Source: an uncultured Gammaproteobacteria bacterium (GTDB lineage Bacteria > Patescibacteriota > Microgenomatia > UBA10105 > UBA927). From it: a DNA stretch of 64,000 nt. Below, in pieces: positions 18,943-29,007 of this stretch (positions are counted from its first letter, which is position 1; each line of letters begins with the position of its first letter). The DNA lies in the NCBI GenBank assembly GCA_964573695.1, contig CAZNKB010000003.1, positions 36,815-100,814 of the forward strand, in the 5' to 3' direction. A program made the position numbers and the translations under genes. The notes under the pieces were generated by a model. It was not told the origin of the DNA and ran no database searches. It saw only the letters and a program-made list of their open reading frames with translations.

Positions 18943-20910
18943 ATGAACTGGCTCCTTTTCACTGCAGTTATTTTCAGCTTTTTCTTTCATCAGGAAAGCG
19001 ACGCAGCGGTCTTCATATGGAGTTCTTTTCTCCTGCTTCTTATGATGATTCGGCGAATACACCACATATCCGGATCATCACCCGTTTCCATAACATGGAT
19101 ATGGGTATTTGGGGCTCTTATCCTTACTACTATCACATCGAGGAGTATCGGCGCCTCGCTCATGGCATATATCCGCTACACCCTGGGATTTCTTGTATAT
19201 ATTTATGCGTCACAGTTTGCGCCAACGCATCTGTCGCGTGTCACGAGATGGGCATACCGGTTTTTCAACGCGATCATTCTTCTGTTTCTTTTGTTCCTCG
19301 GCCTCAACGTGTCTATGCCGCAATTCAATATTCTTCCGTTGTATAACGGAATCACCGCCGTTAACGGCCACCACCCGATTGCATACCTTATCGTATTGGG
19401 ATTCCCACTCGTGTATGAAATACACCGGCGTACTCATTCCAAAAAATCCCTTATGTATGTCCTATGTGCGGTCATAGCGCTTGCGTTGAGCGCCTCGCGG
19501 GGAGCAATGCTCCTTATATCCCTTTGGTTGATCGCTGCCGCAGTATCCGATCGTGATTGGAAAAAATACACGCTGCCGGTAGGATTTTTTCTGATTCCGA
19601 TATGTGTCGCACTCTTTGGCATAAGCTGGATATCCGGGTTTTCGTATGAGCAAAAGCTCTCTCTCGCCGGCCGACACCCGGTACTATCGGCATATATCAA
19701 AGAACGTCCTCGAGATGATCTGCGCAGAGAATTTCTCTATCAGGCGATACAAGGAGTAAAGCACTCCCCGATCCTGGGGAATGGCCCGGGAACGTTCGCG
19801 CTCGTTTCCCGGGCGTTTGAACGGCGTCCCGGAGTCTATAGCGCTCACGCACATTCGTATCCGATGCAGCTTTTGTCGGATCAGGGAATCCTCGGAAGCA
19901 TTCCGGTATTTGTCCTCATGGGATTGATCTTTTTTTACTCGCTTACACGTATAAGACATCACAAGGACGCCCATATACGCGCCCTGTCATGGGGAATACT
20001 TTTGTCTCTCATCTACAGTATATTTGAAGGAAACCTAAGTAGCATTGGCATATGGATGCTCTGGTGGGCCACAGTGGGATTTATAACGACAGACAAACCA
20101 AAGGAAAATCGCATCCCGAGAATTAGTTTTGTCCGCGCACAATACATATTCCTTATTATCTTTGTACTAAGTGCCATGCTTTCAACGCTTTTTGTATATA
20201 CCGGCAACATCGGTATGGCTACCCGTGTGGCACCTTACCGCAAAGACCTGGCACTACGTCTGCTTTCGCAGCATTTATCACCGCGGGATATTTCGATTCT
20301 TCGCTTTTTTTACCAGCGCGATCCCGATGTGACATTTGCGCTTGCCACACTCGCAGTAGCACCGCTTGATAATTACTTCAAAGCGACCCGGCTCGATCCA
20401 TATAACTACCGCTACTGGCAGCAGGCCGTATGGAGTTTTTCACAGGAGAAAAATTCAGACGCCCAAATACGCATACTCTGTGATCTCATACAACTTACCC
20501 AACCTTCTCGCCCGTGCCGTATTACACAATCACAAACATTACTCCCCTATCTTACAAGTCCTGACTTCGCAATTCCGGTAAGCTACCTCCATGGCACAGA
20601 CGGGCTTGCAAAGTTCTATTATTATCTCGGACTGACGCTCTTTCGTCAGACGCATGACGCAGAAACTGCAATATATTTTTGGACTCTGGCCCGGGATAAC
20701 GGACAGAATTGGGGATATTATCATCTGGAACTCGCCAGTGCCTACTATTATTGGAAAAACGACCCTTCCGGGGCACAACGCGTATTAGACGACTGCCAAC
20801 AACAATCCCTTGCAAAGCACGGGTGCTCTGCCATGGCACAAACGCCGGATCAGTTATATGTTCCCGGCGTATATGCTAGTGACATAACACTCATCCCTGC
20901 CATACAATAA
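18943..20910 (+). CDS. O-antigen ligase (Wzy_C)-family membrane protein, candidate protein O-oligosaccharyltransferase, with helical/TPR-like tail
   Basis: Polytopic; SASRGA, PILGNGPGTF, HAHSYPMQLLSDQGILG motifs. Start chosen after TGcTACACT (18915-18923). Confidence 0.8.
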   Translation: MNWLLFTAVIFSFFFHQESDAAVFIWSSFLLLLMMIRRIHHISGSSPVSITWIWVFGALILTTITSRSIGASLMAYIRYTLGFLVYIYASQFAPTHLSRVTRWAYRFFNAIILLFLLFLGLNVSMPQFNILPLYNGITAVNGHHPIAYLIVLGFPLVYEIHRRTHSKKSLMYVLCAVIALALSASRGAMLLISLWLIAAAVSDRDWKKYTLPVGFFLIPICVALFGISWISGFSYEQKLSLAGRHPVLSAYIKERPRDDLRREFLYQAIQGVKHSPILGNGPGTFALVSRAFERRPGVYSAHAHSYPMQLLSDQGILGSIPVFVLMGLIFFYSLTRIRHHKDAHIRALSWGILLSLIYSIFEGNLSSIGIWMLWWATVGFITTDKPKENRIPRISFVRAQYIFLIIFVLSAMLSTLFVYTGNIGMATRVAPYRKDLALRLLSQHLSPRDISILRFFYQRDPDVTFALATLAVAPLDNYFKATRLDPYNYRYWQQAVWSFSQEKNSDAQIRILCDLIQLTQPSRPCRITQSQTLLPYLTSPDFAIPVSYLHGTDGLAKFYYYLGLTLFRQTHDAETAIYFWTLARDNGQNWGYYHLELASAYYYWKNDPSGAQRVLDDCQQQSLAKHGCSAMAQTPDQLYVPGVYASDITLIPAIQ

Positions 20911-20914
20911 CCAC

Positions 20915-21796
20915 ATGAAAATATCGCCCCCTACTCTCTCGATTGTTACCCTGACTCGAAACCGGGCGAATCTTCTCTCGCTTAACCTCCAATCACTTAT
21001 CGGCCAACTATCCCAAAAAGACGAAATCATCATCATCGATAACGGCTCGACGGACAATACGGCATCGATACTTCGCACCTATGCCAAAAAACTACCGCTG
21101 CGAATCTACAAAATGTCCCGCGGAAAATATCCGCACCTCTACAACGCCGGGATCAGGCACGCGACAAAAGATATTATCGTATTTCTGGACGATGACTGTG
21201 TCGCCAGCCCCAACTATATCGAACGTATACGCCGCGCGCACGCAAAACGACCAAACGCTGCCATACAAGGCATGACGCACAGCATTCCGAAGGGCAACAT
21301 TTTCGCAGAAATCATGGGCGACCATTACAAGCACTTCATTAGCACCAATATGCTGGATCGTAGTCATCTTCGAATACTGGACAACAAAAACGCTTCCATA
21401 CCCAAAAAACTCATGATCTCCGTCGATGGATTTTGCGAGGACTTGGACTGCGGATCGGAAGATATCGAATTCGGCATCCGGCTCCGCTCGGGCGGGATAA
21501 ATATATTATTCGACCCGACGATAGTCGCCTACCACCATGAACGCACCACATACACCGACTTCGTCGCACAACACCTTCGGTTTGCCAAATGTGAAGGGCA
21601 TCTCGATAGATTACTTCCGCCTCATGAACGCATGGGGCTCGTCCGGTTTCCCAAGCTGAAACGACAGATTATGAGTGCCCTGGCTCGTGAATGGTCCTAT
21701 GTGCGATCAGCCAAGATAAAAGAGGCGCTGCTGTTGCCTTTCCTGTATCTGGTACTTGCATGTATCCGTATCTACGGGTACGCCAGCGGATTATGA
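20915..21796 (+). CDS. Glycosyltransferase family 2
   Basis: IIIDNGSTD, FLDDDC, GSEDIEFG. Confidence 0.9.
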   Translation: MKISPPTLSIVTLTRNRANLLSLNLQSLIGQLSQKDEIIIIDNGSTDNTASILRTYAKKLPLRIYKMSRGKYPHLYNAGIRHATKDIIVFLDDDCVASPNYIERIRRAHAKRPNAAIQGMTHSIPKGNIFAEIMGDHYKHFISTNMLDRSHLRILDNKNASIPKKLMISVDGFCEDLDCGSEDIEFGIRLRSGGINILFDPTIVAYHHERTTYTDFVAQHLRFAKCEGHLDRLLPPHERMGLVRFPKLKRQIMSALAREWSYVRSAKIKEALLLPFLYLVLACIRIYGYASGL

Positions 21797-22668
21797 AAAG
21801 AAGACCCACACTCTCTATTATTACGGTGACGAAAAATCGGGCAGCACTTCTTAATCAAGCACTTGCCTCATTGGTCGGCCAATGTAAACGCGGCGATGAA
21901 ATCATCGTTGTCGACGCTTCAACCGATGAGACACCGGACATAGTGGCTTCGTATTCCAAAAAATTACCCCTGGTCTATATCCGGTTTCTCAAATCCGGAT
22001 ATCCGACCTTCTATAACAAAGGGGCAAAACAGGCAAAAGGTGACATCCTGGTTTTTTTTGATGACGACTGCCGCGCAACGCCCCGGTTTCTCGAACGAAT
22101 CCGTCGGGCACACGAGACCCACCCTGATTCGATCATTCAGGGGTTTTCCCGAAGCGAACCCAAAGGCAATCTCTATGTCGACATCATGGGCGACCATTAT
22201 GCAAATTGGTTGGAAGCGATGTCCTTGAAAGACAACACCCTCAAAGTCTTCGACAGCAAAAATGCGTCCATTCCCCGAGCCCTTTTTTGGAAATATGGCG
22301 GCTTATCACACACTATGCAACTGGGAAGCGAGGATATCGAATTGGGACTCAGATTACGACGCCACGGCATCAATATTTATCTTGACCGATCGATCGTCGT
22401 ATCACATCGCGAACGCACGACGCTCTGGGAATTCCTTGTGCAGCATCGTCGCTTCGCCGCCAGTGAAGGCCACCTGGACCGCGTCCTTCCGCGTTCTGAA
22501 CGTCTGGGTGTCATACCGTACAAAAAACTCATGCTGCATATCCGCAGCTTTCTCCGAAGAGAACGTCACGCCATTTCCCGGGGCAACATAAAAGATGCTG
22601 TCTTTCTTCTGTTTCTTTACGCCACTCTTGCATGGATCCGGGTTTGGGGGTACGCTTGGCACCGATGA
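21793..22668 (+). CDS. Glycosyltransferase family 2, tandem paralog of 20915
   Basis: VVDAS, FFDDDC, GSEDIELG; shared IMGDHY and EGHLDR; ATGA overlap. Confidence 0.9.
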   Translation: MKRRPTLSIITVTKNRAALLNQALASLVGQCKRGDEIIVVDASTDETPDIVASYSKKLPLVYIRFLKSGYPTFYNKGAKQAKGDILVFFDDDCRATPRFLERIRRAHETHPDSIIQGFSRSEPKGNLYVDIMGDHYANWLEAMSLKDNTLKVFDSKNASIPRALFWKYGGLSHTMQLGSEDIELGLRLRRHGINIYLDRSIVVSHRERTTLWEFLVQHRRFAASEGHLDRVLPRSERLGVIPYKKLMLHIRSFLRRERHAISRGNIKDAVFLLFLYATLAWIRVWGYAWHR

Positions 22669-23120
22669 GACCGGTCATTGGTATTATCACATCAAAGGGA
22701 GGACATCTTTATCAGATGTACCGGCTAAAAGACTGGTGGAGCCGCTATGACCGGTTCTGGGTGACGTTTCCGGGACAGGATTCCCAGTCGCTCCTTTCCC
22801 ATGAACGCGTATATCTTGGGTATTATCCCGAAACCCGAAATCTCATCAACGCATTCCGCCACATACGATTAGCGTGGCGTATCTTATTGCGCGAACGACC
22901 GACACTACTCATCAGCTGCGGGGCGGGAATCGCTCCCCCATTTTTTCTCGTCGCTAAGTTACTCCGTATACCGACAGTCTTTATAGAAGTCTTTGACCTG
23001 GTGAAGCACCCGAGTCTCACCGGCAAACTCGTGGAGCCTTTTGTAAATTACTTCCTCATCCAGCACCCGACGCAACGCAAATTCTATAAACACGCGCTCT
23101 ATAAAGGAGCGATTTTATGA
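22665..23120 (+). CDS. PssD/Cps14F/Alg14-like glycosyltransferase acceptor subunit
   Basis: SKGGHL, ISCGAGIA, VFIE..PSLTGKL. Confidence 0.85.
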   Translation: MRPVIGIITSKGGHLYQMYRLKDWWSRYDRFWVTFPGQDSQSLLSHERVYLGYYPETRNLINAFRHIRLAWRILLRERPTLLISCGAGIAPPFFLVAKLLRIPTVFIEVFDLVKHPSLTGKLVEPFVNYFLIQHPTQRKFYKHALYKGAIL

Positions 23121-23608
23121 TACTGATTTCCGTAGGCTCCACGCTGTTCCCGTTTCAGCGAATGACGACGCTGGTCGAGCATCTGGCACACGTGAGACCA
23201 AGAAACGAACGCATCATCTTTCAGTACGGCCATACCCAACCGCATTTTTTGGACCGTCACGTCGAGCCATACGCGTTTATCCCGCATGCGAGACTCATGC
23301 GGTACATGGTCAACGCACGGATTATCATCTGTCATGGCGGCCCGGGCACGATTTATCAGGCGCTGTCATTCGGTAAAATTCCCTGGGTCCTGCCACGCCA
23401 AAAGCGCTTCGGGGAACATCTCAACAATCATCAGGTAGATTTTGCCAAATTCATGGCCAGACATAAACTCATTCATATTATTACCCCAAAAACATCGATA
23501 ACGCGCATATGCATGACGGACAAATCGATTCCACCCATACGCAAAACCAACCGACAGTTGTCTGTATTTCTTGACTCGTTGCTTGGGGAAAACTCTGATA
23601 AACAGTGA
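23117..23608 (+). CDS. PssE/Cps14G/Alg13-like glycosyltransferase (GT28 C-terminal type)
   Basis: MILISVGS, FQR, QYG, HGGPGT, PR..GEHLNNHQ. Confidence 0.88.
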   Translation: MILISVGSTLFPFQRMTTLVEHLAHVRPRNERIIFQYGHTQPHFLDRHVEPYAFIPHARLMRYMVNARIIICHGGPGTIYQALSFGKIPWVLPRQKRFGEHLNNHQVDFAKFMARHKLIHIITPKTSITRICMTDKSIPPIRKTNRQLSVFLDSLLGENSDKQ

Positions 23609-23641
23609 GGGCCTAACTTATACTATAATTGAAGCTATCTT

Positions 23642-24658
23642 ATGCCGGGAAAAGACACATCTTCCATGCCAACCAGCGCGTTTATCGCGGTCACCATGCT
23701 TTGTAATTCACGGTGCATTCACTGTGACATCTGGAAAAACAAAGGCCTGGATTTTTTGCCCGTCGATATCTACCGCAAACTTCCTAAGACCCTGGAAATG
23801 GTCGACCTGACCGGAGGCGAGCCGTTTCTTCGGAGTGACATGCCGGAAATTGTAGCGGCGGTTCGCCAAACTTGTCCAAAAGCAAGAATTCTCATTACGA
23901 CAAACGGATTTCTTCCCGCCAAAATAAAAAAATACATCGCCGCAATTGTAAAACATGACCCGAACATCGCCTTCCGTCTCTCGCTCGACGGCTGGGGGTC
24001 TACCCACGAAAAAGTACGTGGCATTCCCGATGCGTTTGAAAAAGTCATGGAAACGATCACGATTCTCAAATCGGCGGGAGTTAACGATATCGGCCTCACT
24101 TTTACCCTCATGAAGATAAACCAGCACGAACTGAAAACCGTTTATGATTATTGCCGGAAAGAAAAATTATCGTTTTCACTAAACGTTGTTCACGATTCAC
24201 CCATTTACTTCGGCACCGGAAAAACATCCCTGCAGCCCAAACCCAAAGAGGTAAAGAAAGACTTTGAATATCTCTTTTCTCAGCAAATGAAAAGCATCAA
24301 CCCGAAAGACTGGGGCAAAGCATGGTTCAACCGCTATTCGTATGAATACATGCTGCATCACAAACGCCCTCTCCCCTGCGGAGCAGGAGAAAACTTCTTC
24401 TATATGGATCCGTTTGCAAATGTTTTTATGTGCCAGATAAAGAATTGGCCTATTGGTAACTTACGAAAACAATCTTTTGAACAAATTTGGTATTCTAACC
24501 CAAAACAAAAATTTCTGGGTCCAGCCCACGCCTGCAACGACTGCTGGATCGTGTGTACGGCAAAAGACGCGATCAAAAAAAATAAACTCCGGGTAGCCGG
24601 CGACATTGTCGGTCTTATGTCCACCGGTAAACCATTATTTACCCCGATCAGTTCATGA
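23642..24658 (+). CDS. Radical SAM protein with C-terminal SPASM/twitch-type Cys cluster
   Basis: CNSRCIHC, TGGEPFL, TNG, SLDG; C-terminal CGAG..C..CNDCWIVC. Confidence 0.9.
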   Translation: MPGKDTSSMPTSAFIAVTMLCNSRCIHCDIWKNKGLDFLPVDIYRKLPKTLEMVDLTGGEPFLRSDMPEIVAAVRQTCPKARILITTNGFLPAKIKKYIAAIVKHDPNIAFRLSLDGWGSTHEKVRGIPDAFEKVMETITILKSAGVNDIGLTFTLMKINQHELKTVYDYCRKEKLSFSLNVVHDSPIYFGTGKTSLQPKPKEVKKDFEYLFSQQMKSINPKDWGKAWFNRYSYEYMLHHKRPLPCGAGENFFYMDPFANVFMCQIKNWPIGNLRKQSFEQIWYSNPKQKFLGPAHACNDCWIVCTAKDAIKKNKLRVAGDIVGLMSTGKPLFTPISS

Positions 24659-25560
24659 AAAACAATCCGCTATCCATAAGCGTCGTGATTCTCACGAATG
24701 ACCGTCCTCATCTTTTGAAAAAGGCGCTCATGTCGATCAAACGGCAGACTACCAAACCCATAGAAGTCGTGACGGTTGACGATTCTTCTGTTCTTCACAA
24801 AGAAACCGTTGCCGTGATCAAGGCCTATACCAATGCGCTTCCCATTATCAAGCGTAATACCGAGCATTCGATATCGTACGGCAGGTCTATCGGCATGAAA
24901 TCATCTCACGGAGATATTATTGTCTATCTGGACGATGATTGCGAGGCAAAACGCACGTATCTTACGAAATTCCGTAACCATTTCCACGAAGACCCGAGCC
25001 TTACGGCCGTGATCGGCCGGATCATAAACGGCCTTCCTGACAACGTGTACGCCTCCACACAGTACGCATATTATGACCGAGGACTCCGACGCTTTTTCCC
25101 GACTCTCAACCACGTAGCACCTCTTACATGGGGAAGAATTTTGGACTGTGAGGTTATGGGTATCCGAAGGGCAACACTCAAAGCATTCGGGTTTCCGGAT
25201 CGAAACAGGCTATACCGAAACGATGACGTCGAGTTGGGCCTGCGACTTACCAAAGCCGGAGAACACGTTATCTTTGACCCGTCCATACAAGCAACCGCGT
25301 ATCCGAGGACATCACTTATCCCGCTGTGGATCGCGGCATTTTGGAATGGATACTCAGACGCCTGCACCGCAGATCTTTATCACGTCAATCTTCGTGCGGC
25401 TCCGTACCCGTCATTTTTTCTAACCTGGTTTATCGGTGAAATACGGTCAAAAAAAAGTTATTCCTGGTTTAAAAAGCTTTATTACGCATTACTCTTGCTT
25501 TCCTTCCCTACCGTATCGAGAATCGGTAAGTTATGGTATCACGTACGGAAAATTTCATGA
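24655..25560 (+). CDS. Glycosyltransferase family 2
   Basis: VDDSS, YLDDDC, DDVELGLRL. Confidence 0.88.
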   Translation: MKNNPLSISVVILTNDRPHLLKKALMSIKRQTTKPIEVVTVDDSSVLHKETVAVIKAYTNALPIIKRNTEHSISYGRSIGMKSSHGDIIVYLDDDCEAKRTYLTKFRNHFHEDPSLTAVIGRIINGLPDNVYASTQYAYYDRGLRRFFPTLNHVAPLTWGRILDCEVMGIRRATLKAFGFPDRNRLYRNDDVELGLRLTKAGEHVIFDPSIQATAYPRTSLIPLWIAAFWNGYSDACTADLYHVNLRAAPYPSFFLTWFIGEIRSKKSYSWFKKLYYALLLLSFPTVSRIGKLWYHVRKIS

Positions 25561-26666
25561 AAATCGCAATCATAAACGACACGCTTGACGAATTCGGCGG
25601 CGCCGAACGTGTAGCGCTCACCATGCTCCGGATGTTTCCCGATGCAGATTTCTTCACGTCATTTGCGAACAAAAAGATCGTACAAAATTTCTTTACCAGA
25701 TTAACGCCGCACATCCACACCCCATGGCAAATACTCTCATTTGTCGCCACACATCGTTCTCTTATGCAGCTGATCTCACCGTTTCTGTGGGGACACTGGG
25801 ACCTATCCCGATATGATTTGGTACTGTCAAACCCAAGCAACCTCATGTGTAATATGGTCTCAGTCAAACGCGGAGCACATATCCAATATATTCACACGAT
25901 ACCCAAAAACCTTTTTGGACTACTCCCGAAAACCCCGCTGCAACGACTTATCGGGTACGACGCATCGATCGCACCAAAATATCGCATGGCGATTTCTAAC
26001 ACGCCACACATTCTGACCAGTTCACGGCATATGCAGCAGACGATCAATCGTCTTTTCGGCATCACGGCTCACGTTTTACCCCCTCCGGTACATATTCCAA
26101 TCAATAAACCGATACGGAAAAAGCCGGAATTTTATCTGTGTGTATCCCGGCTTGACCGGGATAAGCATTTGGAGCTTGCGATACTGGCCTGCACGAAACT
26201 CGGGGTACCGCTACGCATCGTTGGGGTTACCAATGAACCGAGCTATGAAACGTATCTGCATAGCATTGCCGGCCCAACAATACAATTCATGGGTTACCGT
26301 TCCGACGAGGAAGTAAACTCGCTATATAAATCATCGTACGCGTTCCTGTTTCCCTCAAAACAAGAGGACTTCGGCATTGCTCCGCTCGAGGCGTTAGCAC
26401 ATGGTGTGCCGGTTATCGCCTTCTATGGTGGCGGACCCAAAGAAACGCTTAGAGAAGGAATAACCGGCACGTTTTTTCACAATCACACGGATACGAGTCT
26501 TTCCGAAGCGATCCGCCGCATAGAACGGAGGACATTTGATCCTGTTCTGCTTTATACGCATGCCAAAAAATATAGCGAGGCGGTATTCCAGAAACGGCTT
26601 CTTACCTATATACGCGAGGTCATGAGGCAAAAATCCGCTATTTCCCGACCGAGACAATCTCGGTGA
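25557..26666 (+). CDS. Glycosyltransferase family 4
   Basis: MKIAII..GGAERV, SRL..K, EDFGIAPLEALAHGVPVI. Confidence 0.92.
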   Translation: MKIAIINDTLDEFGGAERVALTMLRMFPDADFFTSFANKKIVQNFFTRLTPHIHTPWQILSFVATHRSLMQLISPFLWGHWDLSRYDLVLSNPSNLMCNMVSVKRGAHIQYIHTIPKNLFGLLPKTPLQRLIGYDASIAPKYRMAISNTPHILTSSRHMQQTINRLFGITAHVLPPPVHIPINKPIRKKPEFYLCVSRLDRDKHLELAILACTKLGVPLRIVGVTNEPSYETYLHSIAGPTIQFMGYRSDEEVNSLYKSSYAFLFPSKQEDFGIAPLEALAHGVPVIAFYGGGPKETLREGITGTFFHNHTDTSLSEAIRRIERRTFDPVLLYTHAKKYSEAVFQKRLLTYIREVMRQKSAISRPRQSR

Positions 26667-27507
26667 CACGGGGCTCGATATCTATCTTACCCAGGAATAA
26701 CGGAATGGGAAGATTTACTTTTATGGGAATTGAGTCGAGATAATACATCTGATTATCCACGATTTGCGTTGCTATCCGAAGCGTCAAAAATACATCCACC
26801 TTTCTCGGATGCTGTCGTTCATAAATATTGCCGTACTGATCAACAGTTGTAACGGATGCCGGACGTACCGTCTTTTCAAGCACCTCGGCAAGCAACACTC
26901 CGTCCGAATCCATAGCTTTGTCCCCTACGGAAATCGCATCTGCACTATAGCGGTCGACCCCGGTCGTCTCGTTAAACGGCTCATACAAAAATGGCCCTTC
27001 TAGTTTTAATTGCGCTTTTAGGGTTACGTATGTCGGGGGCTTCATATCCTGTGAGGGAACCATGACCAAAATTCCGTTTATGACCGTCGATTGGATCGTC
27101 AAACGCAACCAATCGCTCGATTGCAATACCATGCCTTCATATCGATATTGGTTTTTGCGTTTATTGTAGGAAGTGCGCAGGCGAAGCGTCACGAAAACGG
27201 TTTTTTTGTTCACATACGCAGACTCCACCCGTGGCTGATCAAACGAGGTTACTTTCACAACCTCTGCAGTCGTTCGTCCAAAGAGATCCGTTTCCTTCAT
27301 GCCCACCTTCACGGTGTTTGCACGTACGCCGCGCGGCGAACCGCCGTCCAGCCAAATCAGGTCTTTGTCTGCCAGTCGAAGGGTCACCAATACGTCAGTA
27401 GATTTGGGAGAAATAAAAATATAAATAAGGGCCGCGACGACCAACAACACTGAGATACCGAAGTACTCTATAAATCCGACTTTCCGCAACAAGGAACCGA
27501 TCTTCAT
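26638..27507 (-). CDS. Membrane-anchored protein with two DUF4330-like repeats
   Basis: N-terminal TM; two internally similar halves (VKVGMKETD..AEVVKV and ISVGDKAMD..AEVLEK); coupled to the ligase-like gene. Confidence 0.65.
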   Translation of the reverse strand: MKIGSLLRKVGFIEYFGISVLLVVAALIYIFISPKSTDVLVTLRLADKDLIWLDGGSPRGVRANTVKVGMKETDLFGRTTAEVVKVTSFDQPRVESAYVNKKTVFVTLRLRTSYNKRKNQYRYEGMVLQSSDWLRLTIQSTVINGILVMVPSQDMKPPTYVTLKAQLKLEGPFLYEPFNETTGVDRYSADAISVGDKAMDSDGVLLAEVLEKTVRPASVTTVDQYGNIYERQHPRKVDVFLTLRIATQIVDNQMYYLDSIPIKVNLPIPLFLGKIDIEPRVTEIVSVGK

Positions 27508-28967
27508 ACAGTGTCCGACAAGTATATCATAGTAAGTGACGTTAATAACGAGATATCGGGAAGAATCGGCTGCATAAATCCGTTCACAACCGAAGCGCAA
27601 TATGCGCATAGCAACGATACGCCAAATATTCTGGAAATCCGCGTTTTAGCGAGGCGAACGCGTATGATCACCCACGTAAATAGCGAAACCACGAGAAGGT
27701 AATACGGAAGTGCGCCGACGATACCCACTTCGATAAGTAACCGCAAAAATCCGTTGTGCACGGGCTCAGGGAAATAAAGCACCACGGATCGATTCGGCGC
27801 ATCAATATTCCAACTTCCATACCACTCGGAACGCAAATATTGTATATACACATCCATCTCAAGGCCTACACCGAAGTACAAATTCGGAGTGATGTCTTTG
27901 GTATATTCCTTAAGAAGCATCATGCGGGTTTCTAAACTCCCGTACTTCCCGCCGGAATACAACGTACTGATCAAACGCGGCAACATAATGACGCCCAGTC
28001 CTAAAATCGCCAGTGAGATCACGACGCGTTGTGTTTTTTTCAACGTGACGGCAAGAGATAATGGAGTATTCCATACAAATTTCATGACGGCATAAAACAC
28101 GGCAAACGCGACGGCAGCGCTTAACCATGCAGACCTGCTCATCGTCAATACCAATACGACGATACCGGCAAAAAAACTTGTAAACAGCAACACATCTTTC
28201 TTGCCAAATCGGTAAAACGCGGCGGGTAACGCGATAAACAGAGGGATAAGCAAGCCATGCGCGAGCGCGTTTGCATGCATATACGTTCCGGCATATCGGA
28301 GTATCCCACCGGCATCACGAGACAGATCGACCACAACGTAATTGACCAACGGTTCAATCACAAGACCTATGGATCCTCCCCGGAACACCTGACCCAATAC
28401 AATACCTAATTCAAAAAATAAACCACCACCGAGTATCACGAGCGCTGATACCATAGAAAACGAAGAAAACGTAGAAAAAAAATAATAAAGTATGAGCGGC
28501 CGTATCGTAAAAAGACTATGTAAAATAGATATGTCTGGTCTGACCGATCCAGCTAACGTTGAGAGAATCGTCGCCGCTGGATATGCAAATAGCAATAACT
28601 CTATGATTCGGTTTCGACGAACGGGCGTTTTACCCCTCACAGATTCCGCCACCAAAATAACCGCCATAAGAGCCACCACCATATCCCCAATCGACACGAT
28701 AACGTCGGCAGAAATGCCAAACGTTCGCCCGGTGATTCCGAGTTGCTGTGCAGAGATAAGATCGATGACAAACAGCTTACCGACGATAAGTGGCACGAGG
28801 GTAAGATATAGCGCCATGAATGCATGACGGAAATTATGAAACAGTCGCCAAAGTACAAAAAAATACAGACTGCAGAGAATAAACAGGACTATTTTGTGGG
28901 GAACCATGAGCGTCGCCCCATAAAATATAAGCGTTGAAAAAAGAAGTGTCCGATGCGGGAGTTTCAT
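27504..28967 (-). CDS. O-antigen ligase/polymerase (Wzy_C)-family membrane protein
   Basis: RYAGTYMHANAL, TMSRSAW, FGVGL, PVHNGFLRLLIEVGIVG. Confidence 0.85.
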   Translation of the reverse strand: MKLPHRTLLFSTLIFYGATLMVPHKIVLFILCSLYFFVLWRLFHNFRHAFMALYLTLVPLIVGKLFVIDLISAQQLGITGRTFGISADVIVSIGDMVVALMAVILVAESVRGKTPVRRNRIIELLLFAYPAATILSTLAGSVRPDISILHSLFTIRPLILYYFFSTFSSFSMVSALVILGGGLFFELGIVLGQVFRGGSIGLVIEPLVNYVVVDLSRDAGGILRYAGTYMHANALAHGLLIPLFIALPAAFYRFGKKDVLLFTSFFAGIVVLVLTMSRSAWLSAAVAFAVFYAVMKFVWNTPLSLAVTLKKTQRVVISLAILGLGVIMLPRLISTLYSGGKYGSLETRMMLLKEYTKDITPNLYFGVGLEMDVYIQYLRSEWYGSWNIDAPNRSVVLYFPEPVHNGFLRLLIEVGIVGALPYYLLVVSLFTWVIIRVRLAKTRISRIFGVSLLCAYCASVVNGFMQPILPDISLLTSLTMIYLSDTV

Positions 28968-28975
28968 TTCAACCG

Positions 28976-28990
28976 ATTCTATCATAGAAT
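28976..28990. promoter_or_regulatory. Palindromic bidirectional -10 element ATTCTATCATAGAAT
   Basis: TAGAAT on both strands in a 40-bp divergent gap. The 14-bp core is repeated at 31520-31533. Confidence 0.55.
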
Positions 28991-29007
28991 GGGCCGGAGT
29001 CTTTTTT

